Position numbers and translations under genes: made by a program. The notes beneath the pieces are model-generated. The model made no database searches, was not told the origin of the DNA, and saw only the letters and a program-made list of their open reading frames with translations. From Limnothrix sp. BL-A-16 (GTDB lineage: Bacteria > Cyanobacteriota > Cyanobacteriia > CACIAM-69d), in assembly GCA_041937175.2 (NCBI GenBank), contig CP166615.1, positions 2,912,001-2,976,000 on the forward strand: a stretch of 64,000 nucleotides of DNA, written 5' to 3'. Positions 11,117-20,821 of the stretch are shown here, one piece after another (the stretch's first letter is position 1; each line of letters starts with the position of its first letter).

Positions 11117-11195
11117 AAAATGAGTATCTCTCATGTTTTTAGAATATCAGCAGCATTTTTGTCTTGTCAAGCAAAATATGAGTAAATTTCATTTT
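11117..11195 (-). promoter_or_regulatory. Sigma70-type promoter of the Coq4-like gene with two TetR-type operators
   Basis: TTGACA (11170-11165), 18 nt, TGnTATTCT (-10 at 11146-11141); palindromes AAAATGA-N7-TCATGTT at 11117-11137 and AATATGA-N7-TCATTTT at 11175-11195. Confidence 0.7.
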
Positions 11196-11339
11196 TAATC
11201 CAGATCGACAGCCGAGAGCAGTCTGAAATCTCAAGCACGATGACTGGCCCGTTCACTGTCCTTCGCTGGCAACTGTCATCAACCATCATGATCTGCGTGA
11301 TTTCAGTCCTGACTCCACCCGATCGCCCCGAACAGTCCA

Positions 11340-11399
11340 ACCCCAAACAACGAGAAGCGATCGAGCCGGGCTTGCCAACACAGCAAACGGCTCGATCGC
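11340..11399. repeat. 60-bp direct repeat, copy 2; probable glnA terminator hairpin
   Basis: Matches 10116..10175; lies about 80 nt downstream of the glnA stop. Confidence 0.92.
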
Positions 11400-11480
11400 T
11401 TCTTCAATTTCAGAATTACTAGTTGGGCTGGCCGGGGCGATCGGCCCCAGCGCAACCCAGCCCCCTAACCCCGTTGGGAA

Positions 11481-12902
11481 TTAGGCATCATAGTACAGCG
11501 CGTACTCGTAGGGGTGCGGACGCAGACGCATCGGGTTCACTTCCGCATCCAGCTTGTAGGTGATCCAGTTGTCGATGAAGTCATCGGTGAACACACCCGA
11601 ATCGGTCAAGAAGCTGCGATCTTGATCCAGCGCTTCCAGCGCGCCTTCCAGCGAACCGGGAGTCGAAGGAACCTTGCTCAGTTCTTCGGGGCTGAGGTCG
11701 TAGATGTCCACATCCAGCGGTTCGCCCGGATCGATTTCGTTCTTGATCCCATCGAGGCCCGCCAACAGCATGGCCGAGAAGGCCAGGTAGGGGTTGGAGG
11801 TTGCGTCGGGGCAACGGAACTCCAGACGCTTGGCCTTGGGGTTCGAGCCGGTCAGCGGAATCCGAATCGAAGCCGATCGGTTACCGGCCGAGTAGGCCAA
11901 GTTCACCGGCGCTTCAAAGCCCGGCACCAAGCGCTTGTAGGAGTTGAGGGTGGGGTTGGTGAAGGCCAACACAGCGGGAGCGTGCTTCAGCAAACCACCG
12001 ATGAAGTTCAACGCCATCTTGCTCAAGTTGGCATAGCCATCGGGGCTGAAGAACAGGGGCTGGCCATCCTTCCAAATGGACATGTGGGTGTGCATCCCCG
12101 AACCGTTGTCGTTAAACAGCGGCTTGGGCATGAAGGTGACGGTTTTGCCGTACTTCTTGGCCACGTTCTTGATCACGTACTTGTAGGTCAGTACGTTGTC
12201 AGCGGCGCTGATCAGGTCGCTGAACTTCATGCCCAGCTCGCACTGGCCGGCGGTTGCCACTTCGTGGTGATGCTTTTCAATGGGCACGCCGCAATTGCCC
12301 ATGGTCAGCAGCATTTCCGTGCGGATGTCTTGCAGGGTGTCGCTGGGGGCCACGGGGAAGTAGCCGCGCTTGTAGCCGATTTTGTTACCCAGGTTGCCGC
12401 CCGCTTCCATGCGGCCCGAGTTCCACTGGGCTTCGATCGAATCCACGTGGTAGTAGGATTCGTGCTCGTTTTGGCCGTAGCGAACGTCGTCGAAGATGAA
12501 AAATTCCGGTTCGGGGCCGCAATATACGGTGTCGCCGATGCCGGTGCTTTGCAGGTAACCCAACACACGAGCCGCGATCGAACGGGGGTCGCGATCGTAC
12601 CACTCGCCGGTACGGGGTTCTTTGATTGAGCAGACCATGCTCAGGGTGGGCACTTCCATGAACGGATCCATCCAGGCGGTGTTGGGATCAGCCACCATGG
12701 ACATATCGGAAGCTTGGATGCCCTTCCAACCGCGAATGCTGGAACCATCAAAGGCCACGCCCTCGGTGAAGGCTTCTTCGTCGATAAGGCTGCGATGGAA
12801 GGTGCAGTGCTGCCAGATCCCGAAGAGATCGACAAACTTCAGGTCGATCATCTCGATATTTTGGTCTTGAATCATTTTCAAGACATCTTGGGCAGTCGTC
12901 AT
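11481..12902 (-). CDS. glnA: Glutamine synthetase type I
   Basis: [27 protein letters not shown] and RLEFRCPD motifs. Confidence 0.99.
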   Translation of the reverse strand: MTTAQDVLKMIQDQNIEMIDLKFVDLFGIWQHCTFHRSLIDEEAFTEGVAFDGSSIRGWKGIQASDMSMVADPNTAWMDPFMEVPTLSMVCSIKEPRTGEWYDRDPRSIAARVLGYLQSTGIGDTVYCGPEPEFFIFDDVRYGQNEHESYYHVDSIEAQWNSGRMEAGGNLGNKIGYKRGYFPVAPSDTLQDIRTEMLLTMGNCGVPIEKHHHEVATAGQCELGMKFSDLISAADNVLTYKYVIKNVAKKYGKTVTFMPKPLFNDNGSGMHTHMSIWKDGQPLFFSPDGYANLSKMALNFIGGLLKHAPAVLAFTNPTLNSYKRLVPGFEAPVNLAYSAGNRSASIRIPLTGSNPKAKRLEFRCPDATSNPYLAFSAMLLAGLDGIKNEIDPGEPLDVDIYDLSPEELSKVPSTPGSLEGALEALDQDRSFLTDSGVFTDDFIDNWITYKLDAEVNPMRLRPHPYEYALYYDA

Positions 12903-13034
12903 GAACGAACTCCTTGAACCTGTTTGTTTAGTCGCTCTTTGGAATAGATGCGAGGCACTGCCCCTCTGTCACGGTTGCGCTTAGAGCAAAACCTAATGAA
13001 TGACGCTTACTCGGGGTAGCGCTACATTCGTCAC

Positions 13035-13076
13035 ATCCTAAAGAGAGGCTAGGGCGGTTTTTGTATCAGAAACTAC
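13035..13076 (-). promoter_or_regulatory. NtcA-activated (class II) glnA promoter
   Basis: GTAGTTTCTGATAC (GTA-N8-TAC), exactly 22 nt, then TAGGAT -10 on the minus strand. Confidence 0.9.
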
Positions 13077-13302
13077 GATTTCTTCGCTGAGGGGAGATAC
13101 AAAACTTAGTGCTGAGACTTTGGGCTAGGCGCTGCGGTGTGCGATGATTGAGGGGGCCCGAGCGTCGCCGCAGAAATCCGTTACACCGTCTGATGTGTAG
13201 CGATTTCAGCCGAGTCCCGGGACGAGTTTAAGACAAGCAGCTTCCTTAATGTAGGCTACTGTCAATATTTCTCTTCGATAAAGACTGTTGGGAGAATCGC
13301 TC

Positions 13303-13812
13303 ATGATGCGCGATGCTGTGACGACTTTAATCAGAAACTATGACATTACGGGTCGCTACCTCGATCGCGACGCAATGGACGACCTGAAGGCCTACTTCGC
13401 GTCGGGTGAAGCTCGGATCAAGGCGGCATCGGTGATTAATGCCAATGCGGCGGATATTGTCAAGCAAGCGGGCTTGGCTTTGTTTGAGGAAGTGCCCGAG
13501 CTGATTCGTCCGGGTGGCAATGCTTACACCACTCGGCGCTATGCGGCTTGCCTGCGGGATATGGACTACTACCTGCGCTATGCCAGCTACGCGATCGTGG
13601 CGGCGGATGCGGATGTGTTGGACGAGCGCGTGCTGAACGGCCTGCGCGAAACCTACAACTCGTTGGGTGTGCCCCCGGCTCCGACGGTGCGCGGCATCCA
13701 AATTATGAAGGATATTGTGAAGTCGCTGGTGACGGCGGCCGGTGTGGATGCCAGCGTGGTGGATGCACCGTTTGATTACATGACCCGCGAACTGAGCGAG
13801 TCGGACATCTAG
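13303..13812 (+). CDS. apcF: Allophycocyanin beta-18 subunit
   Basis: MRDAVTTLI, GGNAYTTRRYAACLRDMDY; 169 aa; divergent from glnA as is usual; GGAGA RBS. Confidence 0.95.
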   Translation: MMRDAVTTLIRNYDITGRYLDRDAMDDLKAYFASGEARIKAASVINANAADIVKQAGLALFEEVPELIRPGGNAYTTRRYAACLRDMDYYLRYASYAIVAADADVLDERVLNGLRETYNSLGVPPAPTVRGIQIMKDIVKSLVTAAGVDASVVDAPFDYMTRELSESDI

Positions 13813-13980
13813 GATTTTGCCCGATGGGCAAGTCCAGCGAAACATCGCCCGTGGAGGTTGGGGCCTCTGCGGGCGATTGTTTTGGTTGGATGCAGGCTTG
13901 TGGATTTTGGGTGAATGCTTTCGGGATATACGTTGGGTTTAATCAACGGTTTAATCAACGGTTATTGAGGGTTTGGGATT

Positions 13981-15219
13981 TCAGGCCGATCGGGAAGTTT
14001 CCGGCCCGATCGCCGCGCCCATTGCCGTCAACAACATGATGATCCCCGCCGCCACAAACAGCCCGGTAAGGCTGATTTCCAACAACGCACCCGAGGCCGC
14101 TTGCGAAAAGGGATCCAAGGCCACCGCCGCGAACATAATCAGACTCATCATGCGCCCCTGCATGTGGAAGGCGGTTTGCTGTTGCAGCCAAGTCATGGCC
14201 AGCACACCCACAATGCCGCCACCGATCCCCATCCCCCCGAGCGCGATCGCGGCGAGGGCCGTGCTGTGAACAAAGCCCAGGGCAATTAACCCCAATCCCA
14301 AGGCCCCCGCCAACCAAGCCAGGGGCGTTTTGAGGTTGGCGATCGCGCTGAGCTGCCCCCCAATCACCACGCCCAGCAAGGCCCCCACGCCATAGGCGGC
14401 CTGAAGCGATCCAAAGGTGGTGGCGTTGCCCTGGAGGCGCACGGTCACCAGTTGGGCCACACCAATCACGATCGGCCCCAGAATGGCAAAGTTAATGGCC
14501 GCAATCAGCAGCAACCCGATCCGAATGTCCGATCGCTGCCAGGCATAGCGCAACCCTTCGCCAATTTCGGCAGCCAGGGCTTGTTTGGGCGCTGCCTGAG
14601 CGGCCTGGAGCGATCGCCCGGGAGCCTTGGGTTGCACCAGGAAAATGCAAAGACTGCCGAGCAACAGCAACAGGGCATTGAGGGTAAAAGTTGCCGTCAA
14701 CCCCACAGCCCCGATCGCCAAGCCCGCCGCCGCCGGCCCCACCACATTCGTAATCTGTTCGCTGCCTTGCATCCAAGCATTGGCCTGAGACAGGCGATCG
14801 GCGGGAACCAGTTTCGGCAACAGGGCCAAAACGGCGGGATACAGAAAGGCCTCCAGGGAACCAAAGAGAGCCGCAATGGCGATCATCCCTTCCAAAGAGA
14901 AGCGATCGGCCAGCAGCATCCCCACCACGCCCATGATCGCCAGGGCCGCGATCGCCCCCGCCAGCGCCGCCACCCGATTGGTGGGCAGGCGATCGCTCAT
15001 GGCTCCCCCCAGCAACATCAACAGCCCCCGAGGAATCGCCGCCGCCATCAACACCGACCCCGCCGCCCAACCGGATTGGGTTTCTTGCAACACCAACCAA
15101 GTCAGGGCCACGAGCCAAATTTGTGCAGCACAGAAAATTAGGGTCTGACCCGCCCACAGATACACAAACTGTCGGGCCGGTCTCGATCGCAATCGTTTTA
15201 AATTCAACATGGGATGCAC
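13981..15219 (-). CDS. MFS transporter (efflux type)
   Basis: About 12 hydrophobic segments; GGAMSDR motif A; QGRMMS. Confidence 0.9.
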   Translation of the reverse strand: MHPMLNLKRLRSRPARQFVYLWAGQTLIFCAAQIWLVALTWLVLQETQSGWAAGSVLMAAAIPRGLLMLLGGAMSDRLPTNRVAALAGAIAALAIMGVVGMLLADRFSLEGMIAIAALFGSLEAFLYPAVLALLPKLVPADRLSQANAWMQGSEQITNVVGPAAAGLAIGAVGLTATFTLNALLLLLGSLCIFLVQPKAPGRSLQAAQAAPKQALAAEIGEGLRYAWQRSDIRIGLLLIAAINFAILGPIVIGVAQLVTVRLQGNATTFGSLQAAYGVGALLGVVIGGQLSAIANLKTPLAWLAGALGLGLIALGFVHSTALAAIALGGMGIGGGIVGVLAMTWLQQQTAFHMQGRMMSLIMFAAVALDPFSQAASGALLEISLTGLFVAAGIIMLLTAMGAAIGPETSRSA

Positions 15220-15252
15220 CTAACACTGATTGCAATCACCGACTCAAACCGT

Positions 15253-15525
15253 TCACCACAGCAGTTCACTCAACAATCCATACACCGCCACAAAATTGAT
15301 GCGACTGAGGGCCACCAACCAGCGAGATCGCTCGTGGTGGTCTTGATCTCCCCAAGCGGAAATGCGGTTCCACCCGGCCGTTAGCAGCGAGATCCAAGGA
15401 GCAAGTCGCAAGCGACCCCAGCGCCAGAAACGTGCCCAGGGCCAGCGAGTCCGGTTGCTAGCAGGCTCCGATTCAGCAGGGGCAGATGCTGGAGTTAGCG
15501 TGAGTTTTGAAATCGTCCGCAGCAT
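15253..15525 (-). CDS. Small hypothetical protein (90 aa, Trp-rich, hydrophobic C-terminus)
   Basis: ATG-started ORF lying between the promoter and the MFS gene on the same strand; no recognised motif. Confidence 0.35.
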   Translation of the reverse strand: MLRTISKLTLTPASAPAESEPASNRTRWPWARFWRWGRLRLAPWISLLTAGWNRISAWGDQDHHERSRWLVALSRINFVAVYGLLSELLW

Positions 15526-15742
15526 AGGTTTCAAGGGATTGAGGACTGAGGGGGCACTTTTTATTTCAAATGCTCGATATAAAAACGCCACGTTAAACAC
15601 ACGGTTGAGCCGGTGAAACGTCGTATTCAGCGATGAAAGTCCGAGAAAAAGCTCCAGAAAACCCAATCAAGCTTAATGAAGCCCAATCAAAAATGGCTTC
15701 AGCGTGGGGAACTAGACATAGGAACCTTGAAGTGGAAAGATA

Positions 15743-15794
15743 AATATGAAATTTGCTCATATTCAAGATATGAGCGATCCTCGTTTTTTGTCAA
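15743..15794 (-). promoter_or_regulatory. Promoter of the small ORF-MFS unit with two TetR-type operators
   Basis: TTGACA (15794-15789), 18 nt, TATCTT; AATATGA-N7-TCATATT at 15743-15763 and GATATGA-N7-TCGTTTT at 15767-15787. Confidence 0.72.
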
Positions 15795-15820
15795 GCCCCC
15801 TACTGGCCACAGTGCAACGC

Positions 15821-16480
15821 ATGATGACTCCCGGAACCAAAGCCCCTCCCAAACCAGCCGCCCGCAAGAAACCGCGCCAGGCCCGCAGCCAAGCCCGCGT
15901 GAATCGAATTTTGGATGTGGCTGAAAAACTTTTGATCGCCGAAGGCTACAACGCCACCACCACCCAGGCGATCGCGGCCCAAGCAGAAGTCCCGATCGGG
16001 TCGCTTTATCAGTTTTTTCCCGACAAAAACGCCATTGTCGGAGCCTTGGCAGAGCGCTATAACGATCAGATGTATGCGTTATTTCTCCAACTTCATGCCT
16101 CAGAGGCTAAAAATCTATCCCTTAAGGATTATGTTGATCGGATTGTTGATTCTTTCGATCAATTTCTGAAAACCCACCCGGGCTATTTAGCCATTCTCAT
16201 GCCCTTGCAAGGACTGCCTGAACTGGCCGAAATTGATGCAGAAAATGACGATCGCCTGATCAAGGGCTACATTGAATATTTTCAAGATCGCTATCCCGGT
16301 CAAACGACAGAAACCTATGAGGCGATCGCCTTTGTGATCGTCAAGGGAATTGGCACATTGCTATGGTTTACTTTCGGGCAGACGGACTTGGCACAAACCC
16401 GCTTAGTTCAGGAAGCGAAAAAATTAATGTTGAGTTATCTAGCCAATTATTTTGAAGACTCCGAGATCCTTGCAGGCTGA
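15821..16480 (+). CDS. TetR/AcrR family transcriptional regulator
   Basis: PRQARSQARVNRIL...TTQAIAAQAEVPIGSLYQFFPDK helix-turn-helix. Confidence 0.93.
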   Translation: MMTPGTKAPPKPAARKKPRQARSQARVNRILDVAEKLLIAEGYNATTTQAIAAQAEVPIGSLYQFFPDKNAIVGALAERYNDQMYALFLQLHASEAKNLSLKDYVDRIVDSFDQFLKTHPGYLAILMPLQGLPELAEIDAENDDRLIKGYIEYFQDRYPGQTTETYEAIAFVIVKGIGTLLWFTFGQTDLAQTRLVQEAKKLMLSYLANYFEDSEILAG

Positions 16481-16673
16481 TCGATTGACTCGGAGGCTCA
16501 ACCCGCGTCAGCAGCAGGCGATCGCCTAATTTGAGGATTACCGAGCGCAGTTGCACGCTTCCAGAGCGATTTGCACCTGCTGTTCGGGAATTGCTGAGCA
16601 GCGGGTGCAGCACAAGGCCTTGGGCCGGTTACCGGGGTTAGCCAATTGCCGAAATTGATTGAATTCCTTTAAA

Positions 16674-16744
16674 AGGCGGCACCCAGATTCGAACTGGGGG
16701 TAAAGGATTTGCAGTCCTCTGCCTTACCACTTGGCCATGCCGCC
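16674..16744 (-). tRNA. tRNA-Cys (GCA)
   Basis: GGCGGCATGGCCAAGTGGTAAGGCAGAGGACTGCAAATCCTTTACCCCCAGTTCGAATCTGGGTGCCGCCT folds as a cloverleaf; CCA not encoded. Confidence 0.97.
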
Positions 16745-16870
16745 TTGCGCCGTTCTGTTCGGCAGATGTCATTCTGCCATCAGTTTTGCATTTGGGCAAC
16801 CCCCCAGGCTCAAAATTCTGAACCAGCGAGGGCAACAGCGCGATCGCCCGCCGCAGTCGATCGCCTCAAC

Positions 16871-18022
16871 CTAGGCCAAGCAATCTTCCAACTGGGCCAG
16901 CAACGTGGCCTGATCCAGGTTTTGCCCAATCAACACGAGCTGGTTTTTAGGTTGCCCCTTCCAAAGGTCATCTTCCAAGGTGAAACGCTTGCCAGACAGG
17001 TGAAAAATGTGGCGGTTTTCGCTTTCTTGGAACCACAAAATTCCCTTAGCCCGAAAGACTGCTTCCGGCATTTGATCATCCAAAAAGCTTTGGAACTTGC
17101 GGATAGCAAAGGGGCGATCTCTCTCGAAGGAAACGGACACAAACCCATCATTTTCCAGATGGTGAGAATGGTGATGGTGATCATGATCGTGATGATGCCC
17201 GTGGTCATGATCGTGGTCATGATCGTGGTCATGGACACAATGGCCGTGGTCATGATCACAAGCTTCGTGATTGTCATGATTGTGCGCATGTTCATGATCA
17301 TGGTCAGCATGATCATGGTCATGATCATGGCCGGTAGCACTTTCTTCGGGATGGTAGTACTGATCCGACTCAAACAGGCCAACACTCAAAATCAAAGGCA
17401 ACGGCACTTGAGAACTTTGAGTGCGCAGAATGCGAGCACCTTGCTTGATTTCCCGGACTCGCTCTTCAAGCGCTTCCACCTTTTCGGGCGCAACGAGATC
17501 GGTTTTATTCAGCAAAATAATGTCGCCGTAGGCAATTTGGCTATAGGCGGCTTCACTGTTGAACAAATCAAGGCTGAAGTTTTCGCAATCCACCAGGGTA
17601 ATGATCGAATCAAGCCGCGTCATATCCCGCAGTTCAGTGCCCAGGAAAGTCAGCGCAACGGGCAAAGGATCCGCCAAGCCCGTAGTTTCGACCACCAGGT
17701 AGTCAATCCGTTCTTCTCGTTCCAAAACGCGATAGACCGCATCCACCAAGTCATTATTGATGTTGCAGCAAATGCAACCGTTGGCAAGTTCAATCACGCT
17801 GTCATCATCTGAGACTTCAACGATCAGTTCTTGATCAATGCCAATTTCACCAAACTCATTGACCAAAACAGCCGTCTTCAGACCCTGTTGATTGCTCAGA
17901 ATATGATTAAGCAGGGTGGTTTTGCCGCTTCCTAAAAAGCCCGTGATGATGGTGACTGGCAAGCCCAACTTAGGGGCAACCATGACTGGGCTGGGGGTGG
18001 TTAGATCTTGACTGGTGGCCAT
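16871..18022 (-). CDS. COG0523/CobW-family metallochaperone GTPase with long His/Asp tract
   Basis: GFLGSGKTT, NEFG, GCICC, ETTG and NKTD motifs; HD repeats. Confidence 0.93.
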   Translation of the reverse strand: MATSQDLTTPSPVMVAPKLGLPVTIITGFLGSGKTTLLNHILSNQQGLKTAVLVNEFGEIGIDQELIVEVSDDDSVIELANGCICCNINNDLVDAVYRVLEREERIDYLVVETTGLADPLPVALTFLGTELRDMTRLDSIITLVDCENFSLDLFNSEAAYSQIAYGDIILLNKTDLVAPEKVEALEERVREIKQGARILRTQSSQVPLPLILSVGLFESDQYYHPEESATGHDHDHDHADHDHEHAHNHDNHEACDHDHGHCVHDHDHDHDHDHGHHHDHDHHHHSHHLENDGFVSVSFERDRPFAIRKFQSFLDDQMPEAVFRAKGILWFQESENRHIFHLSGKRFTLEDDLWKGQPKNQLVLIGQNLDQATLLAQLEDCLA

Positions 18023-18130
18023 GGGACAGGGATTGATGAAAGGAAATGAAGTGGGATGTGAAGGGGCCGTGAGCGAGTGAGCCCTAAGCCGGTAGGGACT
18101 GGGGAATGGTGTTGGGTGTTGTAGACCGAA

Positions 18131-18145
18131 TGAGAATCATTCTCA
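18131..18145. promoter_or_regulatory. Zur (Fur-family) box
   Basis: Perfect 7-1-7 palindrome TGAGAAT-C-ATTCTCA upstream of the COG0523 gene. Confidence 0.8.
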
Positions 18146-18171
18146 AAGATAACTGAGATTTGTGGAATTGC

Positions 18172-18516
18172 TCAATTCCCGATCGCCCGTAGGCCAAAGT
18201 AGGTAATCACCAATTCTTCGGGGCCCGTGTTGGCAATTTCATGCACCTCATGGGGAGCGATCGCCAGGCAAACACCCGGGAGCAGATCAAAACGCTGGCC
18301 ATCAATGATCATTGTCCCCTGGCCGGCTTCAATGAAGAAAACTTCATGCATATCCGAGTGGGCATGGCCGGGCGAGACCTGGCCAGGCGCGAAGCGGGCT
18401 TGGGAAAAGTTGGTGAGGTGGGGAAGGTCGCCTTGTCGCAACAGCACTTGCTTGGCGATCGCGGGGTTGTGGGAAACCCGCTCGATCGGGACTTCCGAGA
18501 GCGCAACTCGTTTCAA
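18172..18516 (-). CDS. Cupin domain protein
   Basis: HAHSDMHEVFF and PHEVHEIAN motifs; TTG start overlaps the upstream TGA. Confidence 0.85.
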   Translation of the reverse strand: MKRVALSEVPIERVSHNPAIAKQVLLRQGDLPHLTNFSQARFAPGQVSPGHAHSDMHEVFFIEAGQGTMIIDGQRFDLLPGVCLAIAPHEVHEIANTGPEELVITYFGLRAIGN

Positions 18517-18797
18517 AACCAATCCTCTCCTCGACTCTCGGGGGGCACTGGCGGCTCCGTGGCCACCAAATCAGACGGGGGGCGCTCATCGCTCCAAGCC
18601 CACCACACACAGCCGCAATGACACCCATAGAACTCCTGCCACTTGCGGCGGTAGGTTTCCGTGAGCACGGGCGATCGCCGATTGATCCACACGCGCTCCG
18701 CTTCTACAACCGATGCGCCACAGGTGGGGCAACAGAACTCCAGGGCGTGAACGGCGGAGTCTGTCCAGTCGGGTGCTTCCGGTGCAAAGGCATCCAT
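18513..18797 (-). CDS. Conserved hypothetical zinc-ribbon-like protein
   Basis: CPTC...CHC motifs; translationally coupled to the cupin. Confidence 0.7.
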   Translation of the reverse strand: MDAFAPEAPDWTDSAVHALEFCCPTCGASVVEAERVWINRRSPVLTETYRRKWQEFYGCHCGCVWWAWSDERPPSDLVATEPPVPPESRGEDWF

Positions 18798-18978
18798 AGG
18801 TTTCTCAGAGGTGGGCTGACCAGAATTCCGCCAAGGGGTGTTGGAGGGCGATCGAGTGGCAATGGATCGAGTGGCAATGACTGTTATTGAACCCCTCCTT
18901 GCATTTTAATTTGGGGGAGCGCTCCTGAACTCGATCGCTCAAAATAGCGCCGCCCAAAAGCCGCCCAAAATAGGCTAA

Positions 18979-19108
18979 GAGGATGTCTGAAAAGCCAAAA
19001 TTGCTACTCTGTACGCTCCAGTGATCGACTTAGACAAGATGCTCAAGCCCCTTGTCTCCACGACTATTGGTGCTTGCCCGTGCCAAAAAATACTTTTTAA
19101 ACATCCTC
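18979..19108. mobile_element. 130-bp MITE (IS5/IS1031-like ends), copy A
   Basis: TIRs GAGGATGTCTGAAAAG / CTTTTTAAACATCCTC; TAA duplicated on both sides; homologous to 59858..59988. Confidence 0.85.
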
Positions 19109-19152
19109 TAAGCAGTAGCGGCGTGGGACTAATCCATTTCCTTGTCCTGCTC

Positions 19153-20661
19153 ATGAGTTATCTCAATCTCGTTTCCTTCTTGGGCATCTTTGGGCTTTGC
19201 GGTGTGGCTTGGCTCTTTTCGGAAAATCGAAAATTAATTCCTTGGGCTACGTTAATTTGGGGGCTGAGCCTGCAGCTTGTGTTGGGTTTTTTGGTGTTTA
19301 GACTGCCCATCACTCGCGATATTTTTGATGTTTTAAATAGTGCTCTCAATGGGATTTTTGCCGCTGCTGAAGCGGGGTCAGAATTCATTTTTGGTTCCCA
19401 GTTTGTTTCTAAAAACTTTGGCGAAAACCCACCTTTGGGCTATATCTTTGCTGTTCGCGCTTTGCCCACGGTGGTCTTTTTTGCGGGACTGATGGCCCTG
19501 CTCTATGGCTTGGGGGTTATGCAAATGGTTGTGAATGGGTTTTCGCGGTTGTTTTATCGAACCACCCGACTGAGTGGAGCGGAAGCCCTGAGCGGTCTGG
19601 TGAATGTGGTGACGGGGGTTGAAGCGTTGATTGTGGTGCGGCCATTTTTATCGCGAATGACGCGCAGTGAGCTATGCGCTATTTTGGCTTGCTGTTTTGG
19701 AACGGCTTCTTCTTCCACATTGGCGATCTATGTGGACTTTTTACAGCCGGTTTTTTCAAACATTTTAGGTCATTTAATTTCGGCAGCCATGATTGGTATT
19801 CCGGCTTGCTTTGTGCTGTCCAAAATTTTGGTTCCGGAAACCCAAGTGCCCCTAACGCGCGATCGCCTGTCAGGGGTAATGATCGCGAATATATCGCAAA
19901 ATCCTCTGAATCCCGCTAGCCCAAAAACGCCCGATCACCATCCCCTCAATCCCTTTAATGCGGCTGAAAGTTCCTTGGCCGATCGAGACATGGCCGACGG
20001 GGCGATCGAGCCGGATGGCAGCCCCTGGGCGATCGCCATGGCAGGGGCCCTGGAGGGCTTGCGCATTTGTGGCTGGATTGTGGCGGCTCTGGTGTTGATT
20101 GTGGGGTTGGTGTCGCTGGTCGATCGGTTCTTTGTTGCTCTAGGACTGGTTCCCGGGCCGATCGGGGATCTCTTTCAAGTGGTTACCCTGGCCAACTTGG
20201 AGGGAATTTGTTTCTTTCCGCTCACGCTGCTGACGGGGGTGGCCTGGGATGATGCTTGGGAGTCGGCGGTGGTCATTGGTCGGCGGCTTTTGGAAACTGC
20301 CATTCCGCCCTATCAAACCCTGGCGGAACTGCGCCGGAACGACGCAATCAGCGATCGCACCCTATTGATTGTGAGTTATGCGCTCTCCAGCTTTGCCCAC
20401 CTGCCGGCCTTGGGCATTTTTGTGGGGGGGCTGAGCGCCCTAATTCCCCAACGGCGGCGGGATGTGCTGAACTTGGGCTGGCGGGCCCTGTTTGTGGGCA
20501 CGTTGGCTTCCCTAATGATTGCCTGCGTGGCGGGTTTTTATGACGATGGCAGCCCCCATATTTTGGGCACACCCATGCCGCCCACCAAGCTTGCGCCGGC
20601 CACGCCAACCTTGGTGAAACCCAGCCCCCCACCCGCAACTCCAGCCCCCGCACCGCGCTAG
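19153..20661 (+). CDS. NupC/CNT nucleoside transporter
   Basis: FAVRALPTVVFF, MTRSELCAI and SYALSSFA motifs; ATG 19153 chosen because the upstream extension runs into the MITE. Confidence 0.88.
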   Translation: MSYLNLVSFLGIFGLCGVAWLFSENRKLIPWATLIWGLSLQLVLGFLVFRLPITRDIFDVLNSALNGIFAAAEAGSEFIFGSQFVSKNFGENPPLGYIFAVRALPTVVFFAGLMALLYGLGVMQMVVNGFSRLFYRTTRLSGAEALSGLVNVVTGVEALIVVRPFLSRMTRSELCAILACCFGTASSSTLAIYVDFLQPVFSNILGHLISAAMIGIPACFVLSKILVPETQVPLTRDRLSGVMIANISQNPLNPASPKTPDHHPLNPFNAAESSLADRDMADGAIEPDGSPWAIAMAGALEGLRICGWIVAALVLIVGLVSLVDRFFVALGLVPGPIGDLFQVVTLANLEGICFFPLTLLTGVAWDDAWESAVVIGRRLLETAIPPYQTLAELRRNDAISDRTLLIVSYALSSFAHLPALGIFVGGLSALIPQRRRDVLNLGWRALFVGTLASLMIACVAGFYDDGSPHILGTPMPPTKLAPATPTLVKPSPPPATPAPAPR

Positions 20662-20821
20662 GGTGGATCATCGAATTTGGGATGCACGATCGAATTCAGC
20701 AAACTGGTGCTATTCGTGATTGGGGCGAGAGTGGCACAGACTTGGCCACAACAGATCCAGACTGCCCCTTTTTCGACTACGGTATTGAGTTTGATGGGAT
20801 AGGTGGGTTGTGGGGCGATCG

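Noticed and set aside
11514..12629. Long antisense ORFs (also 2340..3548, 16709..17812, 45590..46669, 53108..54247, 61751..62665)
   Set aside because: Shadow frames of strongly codon-biased genes with no recognisable motifs
16480..16744. Genomic island integrated at tRNA-Cys
   Set aside because: No integrase and no duplicated tRNA 3' end seen in the window
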